DNA from: Octopus bimaculoides
Taxonomy: Eukaryota
Direction: 5' to 3'
DNA length: 64,000 nucleotides
Assembly (NCBI RefSeq): GCF_001194135.2
Contig: NC_068985.1
Coordinates: 18,671,166 to 18,735,165, forward strand
Of the stretch, positions 36,991-49,466 are shown piece after piece (the first letter of the stretch is position 1; each line of letters begins with the position of its first letter). The translations under genes and the position numbers were made by a program. A model generated the notes under the pieces. The model was not told the DNA's origin. It was given only the letters and a program-made list of their open reading frames with translations, and ran no database searches.

Positions 36991-37680
36991 CATCAAATAA
37001 ACAGTGCATGTATTTAATTGGCAAAAGATAACTATCCTTAAGTATAACAAAATATATTTACATTTGTCATTATTGTTTGCTTATCTTCATACATTTGGAC
37101 AGTTTCTCTCTAACTGCTAAATCTTAAATGTATTTTAACAGTGTTTAAGAGGTGAGAGAGAAAGAGGAAGGAGTAGGCTGACATGTTATAACTCAAAGTA
37201 AGGGAGATAATAAAATTCTGCATTCTACAAAATATTTGGGCAGAGATGAGTATACTGGGTGCTTTTTACATGACACCAGCATCAATGAGGTCAACAAAGT
37301 AACTTGCAAGACAAGACCCCTCAACTGAGGTGAGTTGGGTGATATTGAGGGAGGTGACTTTGTATCAGGTGATGAAAGGTTTAAGAATGAAAAAAGGACA
37401 GAAATAGGTGTCTTGCTAAAGAAGAGATACATGGCTACCCCAGCTGGAGAGGAGAGAGAATAATTAACTCAAAACTATATTTATGTTTTTAATAAATATA
37501 AAGACTTAATTAGAGACATGTTTCACTGAAAGACACCAGACAATAGAAAGAGCAGAATATATAATGTCTGTTGTTATATGAAGTAAATCTTTCTGTTTTT
37601 TACATATACAAATTGTCTACAATTTATTTCAATGTGCAGATTATTAATCTTTTAATGTATGACTTAAAAGAAGCTCATAC

Positions 37681-37804
37681 CAATATCATTACGGGCAGAA
37701 TCTAGTGCAGATCTCAAGGCTTTTTGGATTTTCTTGGGTAAAATGCTGGATTCATCACCAATATTACTTACAAAATGTTTCCTATCCAAATCAAGAATAA
37801 CAAC
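37681..37804 (-). CDS. DENND2: DENND2-family exon
   Basis: cttttccag acceptor, gtatga donor. VVILDLDRKHFVSNIGDESSILPKKIQKALRSALDSARNDI contains DE.SILP.K.Q.AL. Phase 0/1. Confidence 0.92.
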
Positions 37805-39423
37805 CTGGAAAAGAAATTAAACAAAATCAGAAATTTCTGAAGATTTTTCCTATTATACATCATTTAATATCTGTTTTCCATGCTGGCATGGGCTGGACAG
37901 TTTGACAGGAGATGGCTACCGTGAGAGCTGCACCAGTCTCCAACTGTCTGTTTTTACATGATTTCTATGGCTGGATGCCCTTCCTAATGCCAACCACTAT
38001 AGAGAGTGTACTGGGTGCTTTTTATGTGGCACTGGCACAGATGTTATTCATGTGGCACAAGCAGGAGTGCTTTTTATATATCATATCTTTTATTTAAAAA
38101 AAAAAAAAAAAAAGGAGGCAGTCATGAAATTGATATCAAAACACAGAAAAAAAGGACCATCAACTTTCTACTTGTCTTTCATAAAAATTAACCCAATCAT
38201 TACAGCTCTTTTTATACTTTTAGATTAATTGTTTACATTGAGACAATAATCTCCTTTCTCTCGACTCATATGCAAATGTAAACATTAGTGACTTCTTGTA
38301 AAGGCAAGAAATCATATGGTATAGAAGATTAAGGTATTTATTTAGCCATTACACAATTTGAGTTGATATCTATCACACATGTATTCAGGGGCCCAAACCC
38401 AGCTGAAAAATTAAATGTCTAATTCCCATTACTAGTACTATAACACGACCTCCTAGTCGTAGTGTACATTTCAACACTTTAAATTTAGTATACTGTATTT
38501 TCAGTTCAATATATATATATATATGTTTAACTTTTACAAGAAGTGGGGTGACAGTCACTTCAAATTTTTGGCCTGCCAGCCTTCATTGGACTGTCCATTA
38601 AAGGCTAGCAAGCAAAGACATTGAAATCACTGACATCCCAGTTCTTGCATGGGTTGCCAAGATTGATCACTAAATCGACAAGTTTTTTTAATTCTCACTC
38701 TGTTTATTTCCTCTTATTCCTTTCTGTTGAAGAGCCTAGGCTCAAAACATAAGACTTTCTCACTTTCCCGAGTGTCAAACTAATACACCTGCTTGTTGTT
38801 CATACACCTGTCTTCATCTTTTGTTTTTCTGTAAATTTCAACTATATATATATATAAATTCAACAAAAATGTATTCAGTAATACTTCTGTTTAATGTTAA
38901 ATTGTTTTTATACGTAACTCGACATTAAAACAAGAGCTGATAAATGTGTGTGTGTATGTGTGTGTGAGAGAGAGAGAAAGGGGGAATATCACCAACATCA
39001 TCCTTTATTGTCCATTTCCCATGCTAGTATGGGCTGCACAGTTTGATCAGAACTGGCAAGCAGGAGAGCTGCATGCCCAAGTAATTTAATACTGGACTGA
39101 AAGTCACTATGTGCAGAAGCAACAAGGATGACCTGGTTGGAGAAACTGAATCCTACAAAGCATTCACCAATAATACTGATCAAGGGCCACTGAAGATTAT
39201 AAAAAGACCCACAACCAAAGCAGTTAAAGGCTCTGGTCAAGATCAGTAAACCAATGTCACAAATAGAATATTTAGCTAACATTGTAATGCTAGTAGTTGG
39301 AGTGTGCAAAAAGTTAAAGATGTGCAACCAGTAGTGCATGTATATAGACATTATTGTAAACCTTCAATGTGGGAAGATTGGCAACTAGTTGTAAAAATTA
39401 GCAATTAGTTGGCAAACTTTCTA

Positions 39424-39560
39424 CCCTGAAGATGGAGGCTACCTTTATGACAACGTTTATATGACTTCACTACTGGTTGTATATCTTTGACTTCATGCAC
39501 ACGCTATGTGCCAATATTACAACTATTGTGTAATTCCAAGCCTCCAGAAACAGCTGTTGG
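39424..39560 (+). ncRNA. Hammerhead-like motif with a 98-nt helix II loop
   Basis: CC-CTGAAGA-TGGAGGCT..AGCCTCCA-GAA-ACAGCTGT-T-GG. Confidence 0.55.
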
Positions 39561-40652
39561 ACCTGAAATACCACATCCTCTTCTGTTTGTTTTCTGTATT
39601 TTTCGTACTCCATGTAAATTTTTTTATTCTGTAAATATATAAATATCTATATGCTTATACATGAAAATCCATCTTCTGAATATTTTCAGTTTGTGTTTCT
39701 CTCTGTATACAACCCTACATATATTTACATGTGTATATGAGATGTTTAATAACAGACTGTCATAAGCACCACAACTTAAAAACCCAAGAAAAACACAAAG
39801 TTTCACGGTTTCCAGAATGCGATATCTCGGCAAGGAATGAAGTTAGGAAGCTGGTTTTGGTTTTAAAATGACTGTGAAGACCTCCTCTAATCATTCCACC
39901 TATATAAAATTATTTAATTATGTATGTATCTGAAAGATGAAACAATGACTGCATCTTACTCATTTTGTAGAATATACTGGCACTATGAAATGGTGTATCA
40001 CATTGCATATTTTAGCCATAATACCTAGAAAAATCATATAGAGGTATTGTTTGTGTTTTAATATACAAAGGTAAGTATCTTTAAGAGGTAAGTAAGACAA
40101 GATAGTAAGATAATAGCCCATTATCGTTATGATGGTAATGAGGAATATTAGAAAATGAGCCATAACACCTCAAAAAATGTTACAGGGACAACAACAAAAT
40201 TATTGTTTGAGCATGTGTGCTTGCAATGGCGTGTTACTAAACTCTCCGGTCCGAGTTTGGGTGAGTGAGCATCGTGTCAATAGCAGTAAGGTACAATTTT
40301 TTCAGCTGGATTTTCAACCTTATTGCAAGCCTCACTGGTTCTTCCTCCCAACTTTTTCAGATTCTAGACAGCAAGACAAAGAAAATAATATACTAACCTC
40401 GAAAATGGCTGGGACGGCGCTTATGACACTCTGTTATTAAATGCATCATATGTGTGTTGTCTATATTTCATATATCAAGCCTAAGTGCACATGTACCTTC
40501 CCAGTACTGGCATTGAGTTATTTGATGAACCCGTTCAAGACAGTGCCTCAGCATGGCCACAGTCCAACAAATGATAGCAATCCACCAACATTTCTCCAGA
40601 AAAACAAAAACAAAAAAAAAAAGAAATGCAAATAAAACTAATAGATACTTAC

Positions 40653-40830
40653 TTCATCCATTGACATATCTTTTAGTTTCGGTAAGTACGATGATAAAAT
40701 GCCAATAACATAAGGAGTTGGAGAACAAACTATTTCCAGCATGTTGGAGGGTAAAATAGGAACATAGGTGTGCTGCCATTGGAATGGATAAAGCAATGTA
40801 ATCAAAGCATGAATTGTTCGAGATAATGTA
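40653..40830 (-). CDS. DENND2: DENND2-family exon (cDENN core)
   Basis: catttcag acceptor, gtaagt donor. TLSRTIHALITLLYPFQWQHTYVPILPSNMLEIVCSPTPYVIGILSSYLPKLKDMSMDE contains LLYPF.WQHTY.P.LP and CSPTP..IG. Phase 2/0. Confidence 0.95.
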
Positions 40831-40964
40831 CTGAAATGAAATAAAAGAGAAATATAGAAATGATAGAGAACTGAGGGATAAACAAATTGATGTATTTACA
40901 AAAAGTGCTTTACAATCTATTATGTTGGAAAGAAAGGCCTGTTGTATTTTTGACATGATCATTC

Positions 40965-41203
40965 TCATTTCTTTCTTTATTGTCCACAAGGGGCTAAACA
41001 TAGAGAGGACAAACAAGGACAGACAAAGGGATTAAGTCAATTACATCGACCCCAGTGCGTAACTGGTACTTAATTTATCGACCCCGAAAGGATGAAAGGC
41101 AAAGTCGACCTCGGCGGAATTTGAACTCAGAACGTAACGGCAGACGAAATACCGCTAAGCATCTCGCCCGGCGTGCTAACGTTTCTGCTAGATTGCCACC
41201 TTC
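40965..41203 (-). mobile_element. Young SINE family A
   Basis: Near-identical to 29837-30069. Further family copies at about 35146-35360, 35402-35640, 43505-43672, 48050-48236 and 48787-48950. Confidence 0.9.
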
Positions 41204-41209
41204 TTAAGG

Positions 41210-41525
41210 TGCTCTTGCAATGCTTATGGTAAAAACCTTGCAGCATCTTCCACAAACCCTGGTGTCACCACCTGTGACACAGAGGAGAGAAAAATCAATA
41301 AATGCAGGGGCCTAGCCAGCCACTATCAGTTTGTGCTGGTTGCCATTGAGATGTCAAGTGTTCTAGGACCCCGTACTACCAATTTCCTTTGCAAAATAGG
41401 GATAATAGCAGCCCATCAGAGAAATAAGCTCTGCGAGGTGGAGTGGCTACTGCAGCAAGTGTCGTTGGCCATTCTCCATGGCAATGCTATCGCGGTCATT
41501 ACTGTGGGGCACAGCTAAGCACCTC
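41210..41525 (+). mobile_element. CRE/R2-superfamily non-LTR remnant (restriction-like endonuclease C-terminus)
   Basis: ERKINKCRGLASHYQFVLVAIEMSSVLGPRTTNFL..LLQQVSLAILHGNAIAV resembles K..KY..L...Y.FVPVA.ET.G..G..LQR.S.A..RGNA. Confidence 0.7.
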
Positions 41526-41940
41526 ACTTGCTCTGGGATATGTGGTCCATCACTCCTCTTCCTCCAGCTTCTGCTGCTTTACCTCCCCACCCCCACCTTT
41601 TTATTTTCCATTTCTTTCTTTCCTGTTTCTTTGTATTTAAATGTTCTAATAAAATAAACACTGGAATTATTTATTTAATCACAAACTATAAATATAACAT
41701 TAAACTCCTATTTTGTTTTTAACACATTCACTTGTGTAGGTTGAACTATGTAACACATTAGAGAAAGAAACCTTGTCGTTTCTTTCAGTAGATACATCTA
41801 AATCAAAATTTTCTCATGGACTCTTGATATACTACTGTGTGTACCCAATTTACTACCTTGCTTATGAGGACCAACCAAAATTTTTATATGGACCCCCCCA
41901 TACCCCGGGACCATATGGACCCTGGTTGAGAACCACTGAT

Positions 41941-42095
41941 TTAGAGGGAAAACAGTTTGTTACTTATGATGAGGTTAAAAATGATATTGAGTATTTCCTT
42001 GCTTTGAAATCTGGAGAATTTTAAACTCAAAGGATGAACAATTTGCCAAATAGATGAGACTATGTTATCAATAATGAAAAGAAATATAATCTTGA
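41941..42095 (+). mobile_element. mariner transposase C-terminal remnant, preceded by a hAT-type end (..GGTTGAGAACCACTG)
   Basis: LEGKQFVTYDEVKNDIEYFLALKSGEF*TQRMNNLPNR*DYVINNE resembles mariner C-termini. Confidence 0.6.
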
Positions 42096-42213
42096 TTAAC
42101 TATATCAATTAAAACTGAAGAAGTATTTGTTTCTTCCCCATCTTGAAATGCAACAGGACTTTCTTTCTAACTTATCTCTTACCCCCCCCCCCCACAAAAA
42201 AATTAAATGTTAC

Positions 42214-42320
42214 CTGAGATTCTTGGAGCATAAAATAATATTTCTTTCAACCAATAGTGTAGAAAATATCCATATAAGTTTTTCTATTCCTAACAATGTC
42301 AACAGAGACTCCAAATTCAA
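42214..42320 (-). CDS. DENND2: DENND2-family exon (cDENN)
   Basis: aatttcag acceptor, gtaaca donor. LNLESLLTLLGIEKLIWIFSTLLVERNIILCSKNL(S) contains LL.ER.I. Phase 0/2. Confidence 0.92.
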
Positions 42321-42620
42321 CTGAAATTTAGAAAAAAAAAATGAAAACAATTTTCAATGTCTAACAGACAATAAAAAGAAAAATGTTCATAAAACAATTA
42401 ATCCACTTGTTACCATGTGTCTAATGAAATATTCTGTCTAAAAGTTTTGCTTACTGTAAGAGCTTATGTAAACACATCTTAATTTTGATGCCTAAATTGT
42501 CTTCAAATCCATAATACCATGTATATAGACACACATTATTGTACAACTGCTAGAAAGGTAGATAATCGGCTACAATCCAGTAGAGTAGTTTTTCATTATC
42601 CATTTATATAAAATATATAT

Positions 42621-42835
42621 ATACATGGTACGCTTAATAAGTATCCAGATTGTTGCCATAGTAATGAAGCTAAAGAACGCAGAGTGAAGCTGCTTGGCAC
42701 AGATTGACCTTGAACTCTGCAGTGCATGTGCACTAAGTTTTAAAGTTCTAGCTCACATCTGCTGTTTGCAGCAGTGCTTGGAAGAAATGTATGTAGTGTG
42801 TGATCATCGCACTGACCATGACAGAAAATTGAAGT
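42621..42835 (+). mobile_element. mariner 5' end remnant
   Basis: TACATGGTACGCTTAATAAGTATCCAGA terminus and leader ending at ATGACAGAA. Confidence 0.45.
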
Positions 42836-42861
42836 TTTGAAATAAAAATATATATACCTAC

Positions 42862-42924
42862 CCCTTCAAGATGAGTATCCCTTGGCCTCCGTAGTTCTAT
42901 AACATCTACGTCGCCATCCTCATT
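42862..42924 (-). CDS. DENND2: DENND2-family exon (start of cDENN)
   Basis: tttttcacag acceptor, gtaggt donor. NEDGDVDVIELRRPRDTHLEG resembles VIEL.RP.D..LE. Phase 0/0. Confidence 0.88.
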
Positions 42925-43869
42925 CTGTGAAAAAGAAATACAAGATCATCATCATCATCACCACTTTCACCACCACCGTCATTTTCATTTTATGAGATCA
43001 GTTTTTGCCACATCTTCCTTTGTCTTCCTTTTCTCCAAATTCCTTCTACACCCAACTATCATGTTCCATACATATCATATGTCCATACCAATTCAGTCTC
43101 AACTCTTGCACTCTACAACTGATATCCTTATATCCATTTTTTCCCCCTCAACTCACCCTGTCTTTCACTATTTATGCCCATTAACCCTTTCGTTTCCATA
43201 TTTTTGTTGAGATGCTCTGTGTTTCTTTCAATTAATTTTAAATATAACAAAAGAATTTAGTAAAATAACTTAGTTATCATTAAGTTAGTGTTAGGAACAG
43301 AGATTGTACCTAAGGTTTGGTGGAAGATTTTAATTCGGAACTCTTGAAAACAAGGCATTTGTACTACAGAGCCAGAAGCAGTTTGAACTGGGTTGGTTCC
43401 AGTGGGGCATGGCGGCTTCATTTCCTTCCCTCCTTCATCCAATGCTCATGTTTTGCTACCATACAACATAAATTTCAAATTTTAGTACAATTTCAGGGGA
43501 GTAGGTAAGTTGATTATATTGGACCCAGTGCTTAACTGGTACTTATTTTATCGACCCCAAATGGATGAAAGGCTAAAGTTGACCTCAGCAGAATTTGAAC
43601 TCACAACATAACAAGACAGACAAAATGCTGCTAAGCATTTTGCCTGATGTGCAAGTGATTCTGCCAGCTTTCTGCCAGCTTTCTGCCTTATCTACTATGC
43701 AACATTGTGAGAATCCTTTGTTGTTGGTGGAGAGACTAGCTCCCTGAACTTTATTCACTTCATTGGCTACTCTGCTTTGAGAATATCCACTTCCACTGCT
43801 AATTTGATAAAACAAGATAACAGAAACTATCAACTATTTTTTTCATGGAAGCTTTTATGGCTAACCACT

Positions 43870-44560
43870 CCAGTACATCTACATATGAAATCCTTCTGTG
43901 TTAGCTTGACTGTGATCCAACAAAACCTCTTGTTGCAGTCATAGTTTACACTGGGTACAACATAAGGAGTTTCTACCTGCTCCTTATCTGCATTTTGAGC
44001 ATAGCCATTCTCAGACGGCAGGAGAGTCCTGCTTATGTCTTTGCTACTGCTTACTTTAAAACCATTTTTATTCTAAGCTTTCATTGCTTCTGTGATTCTC
44101 CAACCTATTCAGCATAAAACAACCTTGATATTGGCACACAAAAGTCCCTACCCTATGGCTATCTGGTCTTACACTTCTCTGTTACAGTCCAAAGAACTAT
44201 AACAAACAGGAGAGATCCAAGAATTGAGTCCTGATGGACATCTACCTGCTCATTAAATTCCTAACTGAATTCATTGATAATCCTCATCATGCTGACAGTA
44301 TATCTGATATAGCTTGTACACCTCCCACTCTCACATGACATCATTCATCTCCATCAAAGTTTTGTCAACAACCACCAGATTACAGAATGTTGTTCTTTTA
44401 TTCCTCACAATCTTCCTTTCTTTTCAGCCCTATCTCTTAGCTTTTATAACTATATCTACTCTACTCTTCCATCACATATCTTCTATTTGGCTGGAACCTT
44501 GCACCATTCATAGACTTAGTCTGTGGATCACAGCAGGTTGTCTCTTAAAATCTCTCAAGA
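43870..44560 (-). mobile_element. Degraded RTE reverse-transcriptase segment
   Basis: The minus strand reads VDVHQDSILGSLLFVIV (cf. VGVHQGSVLSPLLF) and WLCSKCR*GAGRNSLCCTQCKL (Cys-rich segment), with stops and frameshifts. Confidence 0.7.
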
Positions 44561-44830
44561 GATAGAGATCTCATTTATAGATCTTTATCTTCTGTGAATT
44601 TCTACAAGACAACCTGTTATGAGCCACAGAGGAAATGGAAACACGAGTGTTTCATTCAACATCCTTAAACAACCCTTATTCAGGGACCTTTTAATAATAA
44701 TTTAAAATGTACAATATTTTAATTCTCTGATTTTCTTTTTAATTTTCACTGAATTTCATACCATTATAGTTCCTATTACAAAACTATTTAATGCAAAAAA
44801 AAAAAAATAATAATAATAAACAACATTTAC

Positions 44831-44950
44831 CATAGCCCTTATTGTGACAACTTTTCCTGGACTTGGCAGAGGTCTACCAAATGAAGAAGCCATAAGTTCT
44901 TGCATGTTTTCAGGTGATCTTAATCTTCGAGATTCCATCTCCAACAACAA
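44831..44950 (-). CDS. DENND2: DENND2-family exon
   Basis: tttttgtag acceptor, gtaaat donor. LLLEMESRRLRSPENMQELMASSFGRPLPSPGKVVTIRAM contains the P.P.PG..VT motif. Phase 0/0. Confidence 0.9.
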
Positions 44951-47178
44951 CTACAAAAAGACATAAAATATCTAACAACTGAATCAGCTGTCTATCACAA
45001 TCATCCTTATTCTTTTATGCAACATGTCATATTTCATTGATTTTTTAAAATGTAATTTGGAAGTAATCTTTGTAAAATATCAATTGAATTTGTTAATCAT
45101 CATATAAAAAGATAAGTATTCTATCTAATCTCAGAAGTAGGTATCACAAGTCATACTACAGCAATGGTCCCCAATTTTTTTTGCATCATGGACCTGTTTC
45201 ATGCAAGACAATTTTCCCATAGACTGGATGATCATATGCATAACAAAACACAATAAAGTGCGTAGTAACCAGCACTCCATCAGTTGTGATGATGAAGATT
45301 CCAGTTGATCAGTTCAGTGGAACAGTCTGCTCATGAATGTGCAAGTGGCCGAGCACTCCACATAAACATGTATCTTTAACATAGTTCTCAGGGAGATTCA
45401 GCATGACACAAAATGTGACAAGGTTGGCCCCTTTGAATTACAGATACAACTCATTTTTGCCAGCTGAGTGGACTGGGGGTAATGTGAAATAAAGTGTCTT
45501 GTTCAAGAACACAATATGCTGCTAAGAATTGAACTCAGGACCTTATGATCACAAGCCAAACCCCCTAACCACTGAAGCACATATCTTCACAAAGTGCATA
45601 ATATATAATTCAATAATAACAAATATAATACGTATGTATTACATATGTGTTATCATCATCATTTAAGTTCATGTTTCATGCTGGAATGGGTTGGATCATG
45701 AACCAGTGTCTGCTTTAGCATGATTTCTACAACTGGATGCTCTTCTTAACACCAATCACTTTACAGTGTGTACTATGTACTTTTTTCATGCCACCAGCAC
45801 TATTGAAGTCACTATGCAGCTTGCAAGTTAACAAACCCAGGGAGGGAAGATGCTACATCCATATGTTAGATAGGGATTAAGGTATGAGGGAAGAGGTTGA
45901 GGTTGATCCTACTTTGATACACTATATTCTTCTTTAAACATTGCAGGGGATTGTACATATTACTACATAGGTTCTACTGCTACAATTTGGAAATCTAAGA
46001 TTACATAACCATACTTTTTCATTTAAGTTTAGAAAATGTAATCCTATGAATCTTAATAAATGCATTTGGGACTTAAAAGACAAGAACATTAACCATGATG
46101 CAAAATGGTCCATTATTAATTACACACCATCATACAATACTGGTAATTTTAAATGTGATCTTTACCTGGAGGAAATGTATCATATGAATACTTTAAGATT
46201 AGAATGATTAAATTATAGAAACAACTTTACATTGAAAGATTCTCATAAATATAGAAAAACATTTAAATATTTCAATAGTAAATAATGCATTACATATAAC
46301 TACTTTTCCTATAATTTAATAAGCATAATTTTTCTATGTTTCTTAGTGCACTTAATAGCTAGATAACTAAATATCGTGAATGTAGAATTTTTGTGTTCAT
46401 TTTTTATTCTTTCATTATCTACTGATGTCATCATCATCATTTAACATCTGGTTTCATGCTGGTATGGGTTGGATGGTTCAATAGGAGCTGGTCAGCTGGA
46501 GAGCTGCCCAAGCTCCATTTGTCTGTTTTGGCATGGTTTCTATGGCTGCACACCCTTTCTAATGACAACCACTTTACAGTGTGTACTGGGTAGCTTTTAA
46601 CATGGTACCAGTATGGGAATTTTTATATGGCACCAGCACAGACACTTTTAGATTGCACCAGCACAAATGCTTTCACAAGGTACCAGCACAGATGCTTTTA
46701 CATGGTACTTTTACATGTCAAGTTTAGATACTAAAATGACTTTTCTTAGAATATTATATTTCTTCTTAATGTTCTTTTTGTATGCGCTCATCTTTTAGAG
46801 ATATTTTCTCAGTTCACTTTGAATTGTCTTGATAATGTTATGTGAGCATATATTTTCAGATATATTAATTTAGCTGGTATTTTGTACCTTTTTTTCTACA
46901 TCTGAATATGTTGGCATAATAGAAACAATCATCAGTAATGTATGGTGCAATCATTAATTTAAGATGCAATTTTCTCCATTCTTGTTCTTCTTGTCATATA
47001 CACTGAATTTCTTGAAATTCTCCTAAGCAATATTTGGATTTGCCATACATGAGGAAGTACCTACAATGTTAATTCTATTCAAATTTTTTGGTGTCTGATT
47101 GTTTGATATAGTTAACCAAATTTGTTTAACACCAAGTACTTCCTAGATATCTGCCTGAATTTATTAATCCCTTTTACT

Positions 47179-47220
<42 letters not shown>

Positions 47221-47320
47221 TTAGAGAAAAGAACCAAGGTTCATGAACTTATCGATGAAAATCCACAGTCACATATAGAATTGAATTGAGTTTTTACCTG
47301 TAAATTTGGATTTTTATCCC

Positions 47321-47364
<44 letters not shown>

Positions 47365-47402
47365 TAATTATTTTAGGAGGCAACAGTAGAATATCTACTT
47401 AC

Positions 47403-47477
47403 ACTGTTGTACATATTGACAGCTTCAATGGGGGTGATAATGCATATGACTTCTGGCGTCAGTTTTGGACCATAAGG
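47403..47477 (-). CDS. DENND2: DENND2-family exon
   Basis: cactttag acceptor, gtaagt donor. PYGPKLTPEVICIITPIEAVNMYNS resembles the PEVYCI block of DENND2. Phase 0/0. Confidence 0.88.
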
Positions 47478-47693
47478 CTAAAGTGACAAACAGAAAGAGG
47501 AAAAAAGTTTTTAAAAATGCATGCATGCATACATACATTATGTTATATAATATATTATATTATATACCTGTTGTCTAAATGTCTAATGAATTCATGAAAC
47601 CTGCCTGATTTGATTATTCTACCATTTTATTTTTTAAAGATATATATGACAAAAACAATGCTTATGCTCTTACTGATAGAAATCTTTACTTAC

Positions 47694-47763
47694 CCACACT
47701 CTTCTGCAATAACCAAAAACCCTAGCGCCATCAAAGTTAGTAAGAACAAACCAGTAGGGATTG
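47694..47763 (-). CDS. DENND2: DENND2-family exon (uDENN)
   Basis: ttttctag acceptor, gtaagt donor. NPYWFVLTNFDGARVFGYCRRVW contains FVLT..DG.R.FGYCRR. Phase 2/0. Confidence 0.92.
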
Positions 47764-48236
47764 CTAGAAAAAATAAATTATGCAACTGAGACACATTACA
47801 TAAAATGTCAATGGGGGATTACAAAAATTTTAATAATCTTGGTTCAATGATAACTATTTAAATAAACTGATCCAGCCTCCTATCATCAGAGTTGATATGT
47901 TCCCTAACTCCCAAGTCCATCTCTTAGTTATAGTAAAGTTTAATCAACATTTAAGATCATGATCTCCATCAACACAAACAATTTTAGTCTAGCTTTTCAC
48001 ATTTGAAAAGTTATCTGTTTTTCTTTTTGGTGCTAGAACAAAAATTAGTCATGTATTCACCAACTCGTCTGCCACTACATTCTGAGTTCAAATTCCACCG
48101 AGGTTGATTTTGCCTTTCATCCTTTCAGGGTTGACAAATTAAGTTAAACACTGGGATCGATGTAATCAGCTAGTCCCCTCCCCCAAAATAGCTGCCCTTG
48201 TGGCAAAATTTGAAACCATCATTATTATTATTATTG

Positions 48237-48780
48237 AGTGAGAGAGCAGTGCATGCCATCAAAGTGACACTGGGGTAAAATATACTAAGCCCAGTATACC
48301 CATCATGACTACCCGTCTGATAAGGGTACACCAGGTACATGCATCACAATCATATGTGTGCAACATGGTGATCTCATATCAAGATTAACAGTGCATGGCA
48401 TCGTAGAATTTTCTTCAGGTCGAGTAACCCACCCCGCTCAAAAGGTCCCTGAATAAGGGTTGTTTAAGGATGTTGAACAAAACACCCATGTTTCCAGAGG
48501 TGAATTATCCAAACTCCAAAGAATTCCACTCAACACATGGCTATGATGTTCCCCCACTACTTCTGCTTGTGATCAGAGATCCACATATTGTCAGCCACTA
48601 AGGGACATGCTCAACTGGTTATGGTCAAACAACTGACAAGCAAATCTGTGGTATTGAGCAGAATATTTGCTGTAGCCCATCTTTTATACAAAGACAAAAC
48701 AATGTACATGATAACACTTCCAACCAGTTAAGATGAGAAGCCATGAGAGCCACTGCCTGGTACTGCATCAAGGCATTTAT
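48237..48780 (-). mobile_element. Unclassified retroposon of about 540 bp with (AAT)n tail (family E)
   Basis: Matches 28425-28764 plus 29341-29480 (the copy split by an RTE) and a fragment at about 44620-44692. No tRNA head seen. Confidence 0.7.
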
Positions 48781-49229
48781 TATTATTGTATTTCAAATTC
48801 TGCCATAGTCGACTTTGCCTGTCATTCTTTTGGGGTCGATAAATTAAGCAGCAGTGAAACACTGGGGGCCAATGTAATCAATTAGTCCCCTCTCCCAAAT
48901 TCTAGGCCTTGTGCCTTTAGTAGAAAGGATTATTATTATTATTATTATTATTATTACATAAAACAGGCAGATTGAGCCTTCTTGGATACTTTTCTATTCG
49001 TTTATAAACAAAACACTTCGTTGATGACTTTGTTCAAATTTATAGCCAAAATTATCTCATCTCCAAATTTAGACTCACTAATGCAAATAAATATCTAAGA
49101 AGCAAGGACAAGGAGCATATCATCTTTAGATGAGCAAACATGATAATAACTTCTCCAATTTATTCCCATGTATTTACTAATGTATATTTGTTGTTCATTT
49201 TTATGTCTGTTTCTTTCTCTCTCTTTCTT

Positions 49230-49270
<41 letters not shown>

Positions 49271-49389
49271 TACATACTTTTATGTATTCACAACAGGATA
49301 CATAATACATGCACAAACAAATACTACTTTAATACAACAATGTTTTACAAATCCTAACACAGAAGGGCAAAAATCTACTTTAAACTTAC

Positions 49390-49466
49390 GTGCTCGTTTC
49401 TTCTTGTGACTGATAAATTTCAGCATCAGGAAAACAAAAGTGAGGTATAGATAAATTGCTGTCAAC
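49390..49466 (-). CDS. DENND2: DENND2/ST5-family Rab GEF, most 5' exon recognised (uDENN)
   Basis: ctccaatag acceptor, gtaagt donor. VDSNLSIPHFCFPDAEIYQSQEETS(T) contains the IP.FCFPDA uDENN motif. Phase 0/2. Confidence 0.88.
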
